DNA of 64,000 bases from Candidatus Latescibacterota bacterium (lineage in GTDB: Bacteria > Latescibacterota > UBA2968 > GCA-2709665): the NCBI GenBank assembly GCA_965203805.1, contig OZ241917.1:4768001-4832000 (forward strand), read 5' to 3'. Numbering within the stretch: position 1 is the first letter of the stretch; every line of letters starts with the position of its first letter. A program made the translations under genes and the position numbers. Under the pieces are notes generated by a model. That model had not been told where the DNA came from. It worked only from the letters and a program-made list of their open reading frames with translations, and made no database searches. Shown here piece after piece: positions 38,932 through 48,861 of this stretch.

Positions 38932-39807
38932 TCAGCGCCTACGCCTCCGGCCTTTTCCTCCTGTATCGTCTCCCCGGCGCGCCCGCTCGCGCTCCAGAAT
39001 TCTTTTCTTGATTGCCTGAAACCGGTGAGAATCCCTGACCAGGCCCGTTTTGGCGGGCAGACCACCGATCTGCGCCCGAACGTTCTCAAACCGCTCACTG
39101 CTGGGGGGATGGGTGGAGAAAAGCGCCTGCAACATCCCGGGCTCCTTCTCCCGCATCGCCATCAGCTTTTCGAAAAACGTGGCCATACCCTCCGGATCGA
39201 TGCCCGCCGCGTAGGTCGCGGCGACCGCGAACCGGTCCGCCTCGCGCTCCGCGTCGCGTCCGTATCTCAATTGTCCGACGCCCGTAGAAACAGCGGCGAC
39301 CTGTTTCAGCACGCGACGCTTCACTGACGCGTCCTCTCCGCCCAGGGTCGCGTCGATTACCACTGCGGCGCCAAACTGCCTGCTGATCGCCCGCGCGCCG
39401 TGTTTTCCATCCACGTGGCCGATTTCGTGGCCGACGACCCCTGCAAGTTCAGACTCATTCTCCGCGGTTGTAATCAGGCCCCGGTTCACGTACAGCCAAC
39501 CGCCCGGAAGCGCGAACGCATTTACATCATCCGTATCCACGACCTTGAAATAGTAGGTCAGGTCCGTGCGGCCGGAATGCCGAGCCAGCATCCGGCCAAG
39601 CTCGTGAATGTACGCGTTCACGACGGGGTCGTGGTAGAGCCTCAGGTCGCGCTCGATCTCCTGTGCCGCCTGCCGGCCGATCTCGACTTCCTGTTCTGTA
39701 CTCAATATATTGAATCGGCCCACCGCCGCGCAGGACACAATCGATACAGTCAGGCACACAGCGATCAGAGGACGCAAGTCAGGGTTTCGCATCATTTTCA
39801 GCATCAC
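38932..39807 (-). CDS. M48-family metallopeptidase, probable lipoprotein
   Basis: NAFALPGG, HEIGH, EREAD, STHP; IVSC lipobox. Confidence 0.9.
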   Translation of the reverse strand: MMLKMMRNPDLRPLIAVCLTVSIVSCAAVGRFNILSTEQEVEIGRQAAQEIERDLRLYHDPVVNAYIHELGRMLARHSGRTDLTYYFKVVDTDDVNAFALPGGWLYVNRGLITTAENESELAGVVGHEIGHVDGKHGARAISRQFGAAVVIDATLGGEDASVKRRVLKQVAAVSTGVGQLRYGRDAEREADRFAVAATYAAGIDPEGMATFFEKLMAMREKEPGMLQALFSTHPPSSERFENVRAQIGGLPAKTGLVRDSHRFQAIKKRILERERARRGDDTGGKGRRRRR

Positions 39808-40793
39808 CTGTCACGAGGCGAGGCGGGTCGCAAACCGTTATTCTCGACTTGCAGCGTTCCCCGGTTTCCATCCACGACAGCCGGGAGTCCGATTGGCAAA
39901 ACGCGCCGTCCGCGTCCGTGTCCGTACGGGAGTCCACAGAAGACCGGAGCGGCAACCGAAGTTGAAAAGTCGCGAAAAACGTCTTCCACGGTGCCTTCCT
40001 CTGCTCGTTCCGGTTCGCAGCCTTCGAACTGCCCGAATACCACACCGGCCGCGCGATCGAAGACACCCGCCATTCGGAGTTGCGTCAGCGTGCGGTCTAC
40101 CCGGTAGGGGGCCTCGTTCACGTCTTCCAGAAAGAGAAGCGCGCCATCGGTACTCGGCAGAAATCCGGTACCCGCGAGCGAGGCGACCACGGAGAGACAG
40201 CCGCCCATCAGTATCCCTTCCGCAGTTCGCCCACGTAGGGGCTCGATACCGGCGATTGCGTCGAAGCGCCCCGCCGTGAGTGCGTTCCAGAGAGATGTCT
40301 CCGTTGCTTCGGGCATTCCGGACGTCGCAACGTCTCCACACAACGTCACACCCGAGTAACTTACCATCCCGGTGCGGCGGTAAATGCCAAGTTGCAGCGC
40401 GGTCGTATCGCTGAACCCCACAATCGGCTTCGGAAACCTCCTGATCGACTCGTAGTCCAGCGATCCCAGTATCCGCGCGGCGCCGAATCCACCGCGGGAT
40501 ACAAAGATTGCCCGGACCTCGGGGTCGGCGAACATCGCGTTTATGTCCTTCGCCCTGGCCGGATCGTGCCCCGCCAGGTACCGGTCCCGATCGTAGACTG
40601 CCGAGCCGACGCGCACACGATACCCCCGTTCGCGCAGGTACCGAAGGCCCGGACGCAGTCGTTCCCGTTCGAACGATCCCGAAGGCGACACGACCCCAAT
40701 CAGATCACCACGTCGAATATAGGCTGGAACCACCAATAGACCTTCCCATCTGCATTTCGTGCGCCGACGAAGGAGGGCGGCCCGCGTCGGCAT
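39804..40793 (-). CDS. ldcA: LD-carboxypeptidase (S66)
   Basis: SRGGFG, VGFSDTT, LFLEDVNE, GH motifs. The real start may be ~55 nt downstream. Confidence 0.85.
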   Translation of the reverse strand: MPTRAALLRRRTKCRWEGLLVVPAYIRRGDLIGVVSPSGSFERERLRPGLRYLRERGYRVRVGSAVYDRDRYLAGHDPARAKDINAMFADPEVRAIFVSRGGFGAARILGSLDYESIRRFPKPIVGFSDTTALQLGIYRRTGMVSYSGVTLCGDVATSGMPEATETSLWNALTAGRFDAIAGIEPLRGRTAEGILMGGCLSVVASLAGTGFLPSTDGALLFLEDVNEAPYRVDRTLTQLRMAGVFDRAAGVVFGQFEGCEPERAEEGTVEDVFRDFSTSVAAPVFCGLPYGHGRGRRVLPIGLPAVVDGNRGTLQVENNGLRPASPRDR

Positions 40794-40794
40794 C

Positions 40795-42159
40795 TCAGGG
40801 TGCGAACGATCTCAATATGCCGTTGGCAAAATCCGTTAACGTGTCGTCGCGCGCCCCCATGATTACCACCCGGTCGCCAGGGCCCGCTTCTTCCACAAAC
40901 CAGCGTGCGACGTCCTCGCGCTCGTTGAAAAACGTCGCCTGAATATCCCGGGCTGAAATCGCCTCGATCAGGTCCCGGGAAGAAATATCGCGCACCGCTG
41001 TTCCGCCCGCGTAAAAAATCTCGGGCATTGCGAGCACGTCCCGTCTCTCGAGCCCTTCCGAGAAGGCGGAGATCAGCCCGTCTTTGAGAAACCGCGTCGG
41101 CGCGAATCCGGTGGGCTGAAACATCACCAGCAACCGCCCGGGTTGTTCCTTGAGCGTGGAGAGTGTGGCAGCAATCTTGTCGGGGTTGTGCGCGAAATCA
41201 TCGATCACCGTCACACCGCCGGCCGTGCCCAGTACCTGAAGGCGCCGCCGGATGCCGGCAAAGGTCGCCAGCGCGTCGGCCGATTGTGGAACGGGTACGC
41301 CCAGTGCGCTGCAGGCGGCTACGGCGGCGGCGGCATTCGAGACATTGTGCCTGCCGGGCACCGCCAGGCGAAACACGACTTCATCGACTTCGAACGCCAC
41401 ACCGTCGGGCAATGGCCGGACCCGTTCCGCGCAGAACTGCGCACGCCGGTTTTCCACGCCAAATCCGATGCCCCCCACGCCCAATGCCATGGATGACTCA
41501 CAGTCCATGTTGATGACGGCAGCCCGGCGGGCTTTCCGCACGAATCCACGAAACATCCCGCACAGTTCCGGAAGCGGCTTGTGATCTTCAGAAATATTGG
41601 TCAGAACTGCAATGGAAGGCTCGTACAGGACAATCGTGCCGTCGCTTTCGTCCGCCTCGATCACATGCAGGCCCGGGTCGCCGCAGATGGCGTTCCCCGT
41701 CAGCGACGGCGACTCATTCAGGAGGGCGCCCCCGAGAATAGCGGTGGGATTCCGGCCCACGCGCTTCAGAATGTGACCGATCATGCCCGCAACCGTCGTT
41801 TTTCCGCTCGTGCCGCCAACGGCGATCCCCTCCGCTCGGTTGAACAGTTCCGCCAGCACCTCCGCACGCTTTCTGACGGGAATCCGCAGGCGCATCGCGG
41901 CCCGCACGTCGGGAATGTGTTCTTCCACCGCCGCCGACACGATCAGTTCGCCCACGGCTTTGTCCACGCCCGACCCATCCTGGGGGAATAGCGCGATGCC
42001 CCGCGCCCGGAGCTGTTCGAAGAGTTCCGGGTTCTGACCGCGGTCCCGGCTGCGGTCGGATCCGCGCACCGTGCGACCCTGGTGCCGCAGTACCTGCGCC
42101 AGCGCGCTCATCCCGCTTCCTCCGATCCCACAGAAAAAAACCGACTTCCCGGCCGTCAC
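40795..42159 (-). CDS. MurC/Mpl-like Mur ligase
   Basis: GIGGSGMS, GTSGKTT, EADESD, DDFAHNP; GTG 42159 after AAGGAG. Confidence 0.85.
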   Translation of the reverse strand: MTAGKSVFFCGIGGSGMSALAQVLRHQGRTVRGSDRSRDRGQNPELFEQLRARGIALFPQDGSGVDKAVGELIVSAAVEEHIPDVRAAMRLRIPVRKRAEVLAELFNRAEGIAVGGTSGKTTVAGMIGHILKRVGRNPTAILGGALLNESPSLTGNAICGDPGLHVIEADESDGTIVLYEPSIAVLTNISEDHKPLPELCGMFRGFVRKARRAAVINMDCESSMALGVGGIGFGVENRRAQFCAERVRPLPDGVAFEVDEVVFRLAVPGRHNVSNAAAAVAACSALGVPVPQSADALATFAGIRRRLQVLGTAGGVTVIDDFAHNPDKIAATLSTLKEQPGRLLVMFQPTGFAPTRFLKDGLISAFSEGLERRDVLAMPEIFYAGGTAVRDISSRDLIEAISARDIQATFFNEREDVARWFVEEAGPGDRVVIMGARDDTLTDFANGILRSFAP

Positions 42160-42202
42160 GCCGTCTCCTTTCACGGCAGCATGGAAACGCACGGTCCCAA
42201 CC

Positions 42203-42231
42203 ATACTAAAGACCGGCGTGCTGAATGTCAA
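42203..42231 (-). promoter_or_regulatory. sigma70 promoter of the Mur ligase-ldcA-M48 cluster
   Basis: TTGACA-17 nt-TAGTAT on the minus strand. Confidence 0.65.
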
Positions 42232-42370
42232 GTGAACAAGAAAATCAAGGGAAATCCGAAACGAGGGTCTCTCCGTCGTCCTTCAGCAGCCGGCAGCGTC
42301 GATCCGATCGTCCGCCGGACGAGAGAATCCGCGCGTCGGTTCCCGGATTCGAATCGCGAGCCTTCTTCCA

Positions 42371-42399
42371 TTGACACACCGACACGTGTACAGTATATT
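42371..42399 (+). promoter_or_regulatory. sigma70 promoter
   Basis: TTGACA-17 nt-TATATT. Confidence 0.7.
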
Positions 42400-42461
42400 T
42401 TCGACTTCTGGTTCTGAAGCGAATTTAGCACGACAACCTCCTATTATACAAGGAGTTCTAC

Positions 42462-43664
42462 ATGGGCGGCATGTTTCGTCACGTGCTGACCGACGTGGAA
42501 CGGGCGCTCTGGTCCGAATCCTGGTCCGTCGACGAGGATGCCCTGTCCCTCGGGACCGGATCCGCGTGGAGCGTGAGGAAGAGAACCCTTCAGGGGGGCC
42601 TTCAGGCGGGCGTCGACCTTATTGAAGTGGACAATGGCGTCTTCTCATTCTCTATCGTGCCGACACGCGGCATGGGAATCTGGAAGGGAGCCTACAGGGG
42701 CATCCCGATCGGATGGGATTCGCCGGTCCGCGAACTGGTCCATCCCGCGCACGTAGACGCCAACGATCGGGGCGGACTCGGCTGGCTGAAGGGCTTCAAC
42801 GAATGGATCGTTCGCTGCGGCCTGGAAAGCAACGGCGCGCCCACGAACGACGTGATCATCGACAATAACGGAAATGAAGCCACGGTATTTCTCCCATTGC
42901 ATGGGAAGATAGCAAACGTCCCTGCGCGTTTGGTGGAGGTATGTGTCGACCTGGCCCCACCGCATCGCATCACGGTTACGGGCGTTGTCGATGAAGCGAT
43001 GATGTTCGGTCCGGCGTTGCGGTTGACTACCCGTATATCCACGGTCCCGGGCGCAAACTGTTTCACGATTTCAGACCGGATTACCAACCTTAATGACAGG
43101 CCGGCCGAAATGCAGATGCTGTACCACTGCAACTACGGCCCCCCGTTGCTGGAAGAGGGCAGCGCTCTCGTGGCCCCAGCAAGGTCCGTATCGCCCAGAG
43201 ACGCCCGGGCGCAGAAGGATGCGTCCGCGCACGACAAGTTCGGCGCGCCGGAATCCGGGTTCGTCGAACAGGTCTATTTTTACGAATTGGCAGGAAAGCG
43301 GGGCAGCGGTCAGACGGTCGTGCTGCTCAAGAACGCCAGGGGAGACCTGGGGTCCAGCCTGCACTGCTCGCTCAAGCAACTGCCCTGCTTTACGCTCTGG
43401 AAAAACACGGCCGCGACCGAAGACGGATACGTCACCGGTCTGGAACCGGCGACCAACTACCCCAATCCCAAACCATTCGAGCGCAAGCATGGCCGTGTGC
43501 CGATGCTGGAAGCCGGCGAGACCCGTCGTATGGACCTTACGGTTGCCGTCCACGACAGCAGGAAGAAGGTCCGAACCGTGGAACGGGCCATCAAGCAGAT
43601 CCAGAAAACAGTGAAATCCAGAGTCTCCCGGACGCCCCTCAAAACGTTGTCCGATGCGGGTTAA
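42462..43664 (+). CDS. Aldose 1-epimerase-like (DUF4432) protein
   Basis: PTRGMGIW, LHGKIAN, LYHCNYG.P, YVTGLEP motifs. Confidence 0.8.
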   Translation: MGGMFRHVLTDVERALWSESWSVDEDALSLGTGSAWSVRKRTLQGGLQAGVDLIEVDNGVFSFSIVPTRGMGIWKGAYRGIPIGWDSPVRELVHPAHVDANDRGGLGWLKGFNEWIVRCGLESNGAPTNDVIIDNNGNEATVFLPLHGKIANVPARLVEVCVDLAPPHRITVTGVVDEAMMFGPALRLTTRISTVPGANCFTISDRITNLNDRPAEMQMLYHCNYGPPLLEEGSALVAPARSVSPRDARAQKDASAHDKFGAPESGFVEQVYFYELAGKRGSGQTVVLLKNARGDLGSSLHCSLKQLPCFTLWKNTAATEDGYVTGLEPATNYPNPKPFERKHGRVPMLEAGETRRMDLTVAVHDSRKKVRTVERAIKQIQKTVKSRVSRTPLKTLSDAG

Positions 43665-43763
43665 AGCCGCAACATACCTGCGTTTCGGGAAACGGTCCCG
43701 GGGCGCGATTACGGTGACGGCGCCGGCGGCATCCGCAAGCCGTCAGATGGAATCAGCGAAAGG

Positions 43764-46700
43764 ATGACATTCGTGATTTCCACACCAACTTTCCAGGAGC
43801 TCATTCTTCGCCTCGAGCGCTACTGGGCGGACCGGGGTTGCGTCATCTGGCAGCCTTACAATGAAAAGGTGGGCGCCGGGACGATGAACCCCGCCACGGT
43901 CCTTCGTGTGCTCGGTCCGGAGTCCTGGAACGTGGCATACGTTGAACCCAGCTTCCGTCCGGACGACGGAAGATTCGGCGAGAACCCGAACCGGATGCAG
44001 ATGCACACGCAGTACCAGGTTATTCTCAAACCCGAGCCGGGCAACCCCCAGGAACTTTATCTGGATAGCCTGGAAGCGTTGGGTCTGGATCGGCGGCAGC
44101 ACGACATCCGTTTTGTGGAAGACAACTGGGAACAGCCCGCACTGGGCGCGTGGGGCCTGGGGTGGGAGGTCTGGCTCGACGGCCTGGAAATCACCCAGTT
44201 CACCTATTTCCAGCAGGCCGGAGGCCTGTCCCTGGACCCGGTGCCGGTCGAAATCACCTACGGAATGGAACGTATCGCAATGTATGTGCAGGATGTGCGC
44301 GAAGTCTGGCAGCTTCAATGGAACGAACAGGTCTCCTACGGCGACATTCTCAGACTGCAGGAAGTGGAATATTGCAACTATGAGTTCCACTCAGCTAACG
44401 TGGAACGTCTGCATACCATGTTCAGACTCTTCCATGACGAAGCCGCCGCCGCCATAGACCGCGGTCTTGTCATTCCCGCCCATGACTACGTGTTGCGGTG
44501 CTCTCACACCTTCAACCTGCTGGACACCCGCGGAGCCGTTGGCGTTACCGAGCGTGCGCGGTACTTCGCGCAGATCCGAGGACTCGCCACACAGGTGGCC
44601 GAAGGGTTCGCGCGACAGCGCGAAGCGACCGGGCACCCCCTCAAAAGGAAGACCGGAGCCGCGACTGCACCGAATGCGGTACCGGGCGCTGAACCGCTGG
44701 AGCGCGCCGACCTGCTGCTGGAGATCGGATCCGAGGAACTCCCGCCTCAGGACGTACGGTCGGGGATCGAACAGCTCGACGCGTCACTGCCCGAGCTTCT
44801 TCAGGAGCAGAGGCTGGAATATGACGACGTCCAAATAACCGGTACGCCCAGACGGCTTGTGGCCAGCGTCAGGAATCTCATTGGCCGGCAGCCAGACCGC
44901 AAACGCGAAGTACGCGGACCGGCCGTGAAGGCCGCTTACGACGACGAAGGAAACCCCACACGCGCCCTCGAGGGATTCTGCCGCGGCCAGGGCATCTCTC
45001 CAGGATCGGTGGAACACAGGCAAGACGACAAGGGAATCGAATACGTCTATGCCCGCCGTCACGAGCCCGGACGCCAAACACAGGAAATCCTGTCGGAAGT
45101 CCTTCCCGGACTGATTGCCGGCCTGAACTTTCCGAAAACAATGCGTTGGGACTCCGACGGCATCGCCTATCCCCGACCTCTACGCTGGATTGTCGCCCTG
45201 TTTGGAAACCGGATTGTCCCGTTTCCCTTCGCCCGGATCCGGAGTGGACGTGCCAGCCGCGGCCTCAGGCCCGCGGGCGATCCGCCAATCCAGGTGGAAT
45301 CCGCGGAAACCTATCATCCGCAAATGAAAGAACACGGCGTGATCGTCGACCGAGACCGGCGAAGAAAAGCCATCTGGAAGCAGGTCCTTGAAGAGGCGCG
45401 GGCGGCAGGCGGCAACGTAAGGGTAGATCCCGATCTGCTCGACGAAGTCACCGACCTGGTCGAGGCGCCGTTCGCGCTTTGCGGCGGCTTCGATGAAACC
45501 CACCTTGAACTGCCGCAGGAGGTCCTGGGCACCGTACTCAGGACATACCAGCGTTACTTCCCCATCGTACACCCGGATACCGGCCGGCTGTTACCCAGGT
45601 TCGTCGCCGTATCCAACGGCAAGCCGACGGATCCAGGCCCCGTCGTTCGCGGGAACGAGAATGTCGTTCGCGCCAGATTTGCGGACGCCGCCTTTTTCTA
45701 CAGGGAAGACGGTCGAAAACCCCTGGAAGACTACCTGCCACGGCTGGATACGCTTACCTACCAGGACGACCTTGGATCGGTCAGGGACAAGAGTGCGCGA
45801 ATCGAACAGCTTGTTTCCGTGGTTGCGCCGGAACTGGGGCTGACGGACGGTGGCACGAGCACGGCAGAGCGAGCGGCCCGGCTTTGCAAAGCCGATCTGG
45901 CCACCGGAATGGTTGTGGAGATGACGTCCCTTCAGGGTGTGATGGGGCGCTACTATGCCCTGTTGTCCAAAGAGACAGACGAAGTGGCCCTGGCCATTCA
46001 GGAACACTATCTTCCCCGGTTTCCCGGGGATATGCTGCCTGCAGGCGAATCCGGATTTGCGGTTTCCGTCGCCGACCGGCTGGACAGCCTGGCCGGCCTG
46101 TTCTGTGCCGGTATCAAGCCACGGTCCACCGCCGATCCCTACGGACTGAGGCGCGACGCGCTGGGCCTCCTCGCGTTGCTCATCGGGAAACGCCGCCACT
46201 TCTCCCTCAAGAAGGGCCTGGAGGCCGCGGCGTCGGGCCTCCCTGTCCGGATCGATGCAGATCGATTGAACGACGCATATGCGTTCATCCTGCGGCGCCT
46301 TGGCGTACAGTTGAAAGAGGAAGGCTTTCGCCACGACGTGGTCGAAGCGGCCCTTGGCGGCGGCTGCGACGATCCTTTCGGCCTTCGCAACATCGTTGAA
46401 GGCCTCGATCGAATGGTCCGTTCGGAAAATTGGACGGAAACGCTTCATGCGTACGCGCGCTGCAGACGCATTGTCCGCGACCTGGATGAAATCCATCCAT
46501 TGAATATAGACGCGGATCCGGCCCCGGCTTCCCGCAGCCTTCTCGAAAAGTGGCGGGACGCCCGCAACGTGATGGATGGCTGTGATGCCGGGATCGACAG
46601 GCTGGAAAGCGTGCTTGCCGATATGCGCGGGCCGATCAACACCTTCTTCGATGAAGTCATGGTGATGGATGAAGATCCGGTCCTGCGGGCGGCGCGCCTG

Positions 46701-46769
46701 GCGCTGGTGCAGCGTATCGCCTCTCTCGCCGACGGCGTTGCGGACCTGGGCAGGCTGGAGGGGTTTTAA
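43764..46769 (+). CDS. glyQS: Glycine--tRNA ligase, fused alpha and beta subunits
   Basis: Alpha motifs [36 protein letters not shown] are in frame with beta motifs [26 protein letters not shown]. Confidence 0.95.
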   Translation: MTFVISTPTFQELILRLERYWADRGCVIWQPYNEKVGAGTMNPATVLRVLGPESWNVAYVEPSFRPDDGRFGENPNRMQMHTQYQVILKPEPGNPQELYLDSLEALGLDRRQHDIRFVEDNWEQPALGAWGLGWEVWLDGLEITQFTYFQQAGGLSLDPVPVEITYGMERIAMYVQDVREVWQLQWNEQVSYGDILRLQEVEYCNYEFHSANVERLHTMFRLFHDEAAAAIDRGLVIPAHDYVLRCSHTFNLLDTRGAVGVTERARYFAQIRGLATQVAEGFARQREATGHPLKRKTGAATAPNAVPGAEPLERADLLLEIGSEELPPQDVRSGIEQLDASLPELLQEQRLEYDDVQITGTPRRLVASVRNLIGRQPDRKREVRGPAVKAAYDDEGNPTRALEGFCRGQGISPGSVEHRQDDKGIEYVYARRHEPGRQTQEILSEVLPGLIAGLNFPKTMRWDSDGIAYPRPLRWIVALFGNRIVPFPFARIRSGRASRGLRPAGDPPIQVESAETYHPQMKEHGVIVDRDRRRKAIWKQVLEEARAAGGNVRVDPDLLDEVTDLVEAPFALCGGFDETHLELPQEVLGTVLRTYQRYFPIVHPDTGRLLPRFVAVSNGKPTDPGPVVRGNENVVRARFADAAFFYREDGRKPLEDYLPRLDTLTYQDDLGSVRDKSARIEQLVSVVAPELGLTDGGTSTAERAARLCKADLATGMVVEMTSLQGVMGRYYALLSKETDEVALAIQEHYLPRFPGDMLPAGESGFAVSVADRLDSLAGLFCAGIKPRSTADPYGLRRDALGLLALLIGKRRHFSLKKGLEAAASGLPVRIDADRLNDAYAFILRRLGVQLKEEGFRHDVVEAALGGGCDDPFGLRNIVEGLDRMVRSENWTETLHAYARCRRIVRDLDEIHPLNIDADPAPASRSLLEKWRDARNVMDGCDAGIDRLESVLADMRGPINTFFDEVMVMDEDPVLRAARLALVQRIASLADGVADLGRLEGF

Positions 46770-46788
46770 GTCTACTACCATTATGCCC

Positions 46789-47370
46789 ATGCGCATCGTC
46801 ACGGGAAAACTCAAAGGCCGGACCATCCCGTTTGACGTCAGGAAATACGGTCGTGCCCGCGTAACGCCGGGGAGGGTCAAGGAGGCCGCGTTTACCGTTC
46901 TGGGCGCCCGCCTCGACCAACTTCATTTTCTCGATCTCTTTTCCTGTTCCGGGCAGATCGGCCTCGAGGCGTACAGCCGCGGGGCCCGGGTGCTTCTGAA
47001 CGAACCTGATCGTCGCCGGCGCCGCTTTATTTCGAGGCTGCTGAAAGACTGGGGTGTGGATCAACAGATCCGGCTGCTGGATCAGCCGGCGGAGACACTA
47101 CTGCCGCTCCTGGAGTCGGAACAGCGGCACTTTGACGTGATTTACCTGGATCCGCCGTACCGGCTGCAAATGGACGGCGTTCCGTTCGCCCTCGCCATCC
47201 TTGCCCGCCTGAGCGGCTCGATGCTCGTAGCTCCGTCGGGCCATGTCCTCATACAACACGTCGCGGAACTGGAGTTGCCCGTTGCGGTACGGGCTCTTGC
47301 GTTGCGCATTCGGAAGAACTACGGCAGTACTTCATTATCGGTGTACCAGAGGGTGGACCGCGGCGAGTAG
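46789..47370 (+). CDS. rsmD: RsmD-family methyltransferase
   Basis: MRIVTGKLKGR, LDLFSCSGQIGLEAYSRGA, YLDPPY. Confidence 0.85.
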   Translation: MRIVTGKLKGRTIPFDVRKYGRARVTPGRVKEAAFTVLGARLDQLHFLDLFSCSGQIGLEAYSRGARVLLNEPDRRRRRFISRLLKDWGVDQQIRLLDQPAETLLPLLESEQRHFDVIYLDPPYRLQMDGVPFALAILARLSGSMLVAPSGHVLIQHVAELELPVAVRALALRIRKNYGSTSLSVYQRVDRGE

Positions 47371-47458
47371 GCCTCAATCCGAAATATCCATTTGCTTTGG
47401 TACGCCAACGTACGTATTTTTCAGGTATCCAACCCCTATTCCGAAAGGAGTCGACCGC

Positions 47459-47737
47459 ATGGATACGATGCACGAGTCTATGGAATTCCGCCCCCGCGGC
47501 CGAACGCTTGCCATGGGCGGTATCCCCTGGCTGCCGCGGATCACGGACAAAGCCCGGGCCATGCTGCGCAACAATATCGGCGACTACGTCTACCCCTGAC
47601 CCGCCGACCAGAAGTTCCTGGAGGAACTCGGCATACCGGCAGAAAAGTTTACCCGAATCGTCTCGGAGTGCAAACTGGACGAGGAAGTCATCGAACGCGT
47701 CCGCCCCTATTTCGAGAAGTCCCGAAGTCGCCGATAA
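47459..47737 (+). CDS. DUF5069-like small protein, probable selenoprotein (UGA at codon 47)
   Basis: AAGGAG RBS and ATG 47459; GGIPWLPRITDKARA..IGDYVYP-[TGA 47597-47599]-PADQKFLEELGI...TAA 47737. The frame stays family-like after the TGA, and a SECIS-like hairpin follows. Confidence 0.75.
47603..47632 (+). promoter_or_regulatory. Putative bacterial SECIS element
   Basis: GCCG-ACCAGA-AGTTCC-[TGGA]-GGAACT-CGGC; the apical loop starts 19 nt after the UGA, with G at loop position 2. Confidence 0.6.
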
Positions 47738-47743
47738 AACAGG

Positions 47744-47782
47744 AAAGCCGCCACGCGTTGCGCGGCGGCTTCGCACTTTTTT
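47744..47782 (+). terminator. Intrinsic terminator after the full-length read-through ORF
   Basis: aagccgcc-acgcgttgcgc-ggcggctt hairpin with a downstream T-run. Confidence 0.6.
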
Positions 47783-47797
47783 CTAACAATCTGAACG

Positions 47798-48733
47798 CTA
47801 ACGCCTCCCGCCTTCCGGCAATGCCTGCCTGGCCAGCGCCCTGATCTCGCCTGACCCCATCCGAAGCAATCCATCGATCCCGATCAAGTCGGCCGCGACG
47901 AGTTGCGGACATTCCTGGGCAGCCAGATCGTATGCTTCTTCGACATCGTAGTTGACCCCTCTGTACCTGTAGAGATGGCCCAGGCTGTCCAGCTGTCCAC
48001 TGCGTCTCAGCGAATTCGTGACACCCATCTTGAAGTAATATAACTGCCGGTCTCTCCTGTCTCCCCACCTCAAGGTATCCGGCTCCGGGACATCCGCCAT
48101 CGATCGGTCGAGTTCCGCCTGAAAGGCGTCGATCTGGCCGTCGACTATCTCCAGCAGCCCTCGAAGGACTTCCCTGCGAGCAGCTTCTCTTTCGTCCTGA
48201 AGCATATCCTGCAGCACCAGCGCTGCTTTTCCATAAAACACGTAACGTTCGCGCTTCCCCTCTCCGAACAGATCCATTTCAATAGCTTCGGCCTTTCGCG
48301 CCAGGGCCTCCAGGTCAAGGTAATCGTCGCCAACGCCGGCATAGTCGTCGTCCCCGCGCGCTACCTGAATGCCCACCAGAAAGGCCCGCTCGACAATATG
48401 CATCATATTTTCAGCCGAATCGAATATCCGCAATTTCCCGGACGTTCTTCTTTCCGTGCGTACCGGATCCGCGCCAGGTGTAAACCCCCGTCCGACCAGT
48501 ACCTGCTCGGCCTCTATTCCCAGACGGCCGAGCAGTTCACGGAGCACGCCGCTCAATACGGGTTGCCCCGCGGTCGGCAGGAATTCCCCCCGGCCTTCCA
48601 CGACGAGGTCCGCCATCTCGGACGCCAGCGCTTCGTCTCCCTCGGGATCGGCAATCTTTCGCCCGTCCCGTGCACGCGTCAGGCGGAAGACAATCACGAA
48701 TATCAACAGGACAGCCACGACGACATAGACCAT
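47798..48733 (-). CDS. Hypothetical protein with N-terminal membrane anchor
   Basis: 311-aa ORF, AGGAGG RBS, N-terminal hydrophobic helix; no family recognised. Confidence 0.7.
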   Translation of the reverse strand: MVYVVVAVLLIFVIVFRLTRARDGRKIADPEGDEALASEMADLVVEGRGEFLPTAGQPVLSGVLRELLGRLGIEAEQVLVGRGFTPGADPVRTERRTSGKLRIFDSAENMMHIVERAFLVGIQVARGDDDYAGVGDDYLDLEALARKAEAIEMDLFGEGKRERYVFYGKAALVLQDMLQDEREAARREVLRGLLEIVDGQIDAFQAELDRSMADVPEPDTLRWGDRRDRQLYYFKMGVTNSLRRSGQLDSLGHLYRYRGVNYDVEEAYDLAAQECPQLVAADLIGIDGLLRMGSGEIRALARQALPEGGRR

Positions 48734-48861
48734 TTCCGGCGAATTCCTCCTATCTGTTCAACCTGCCCGTCGGAAGACAATTGGCAGGAAAATTGATACG
48801 TTGAAAAAAGGCAGGGAGACGTATTCTGTCCGTTCGATTCCAATAGTGGTATTGCCCGGTA

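Noticed and set aside
37801-46880. Long antisense ORFs (e.g. 37801-38907, 45591-46880)
   Set aside because: Shadows of GC-rich coding genes on the opposite strand with no recognisable motifs.
47243-47599. 118-aa ORF as called by the track
   Set aside because: Its N-terminal part overlaps rsmD; the RBS-supported gene starts at 47459 and probably reads through the TGA.
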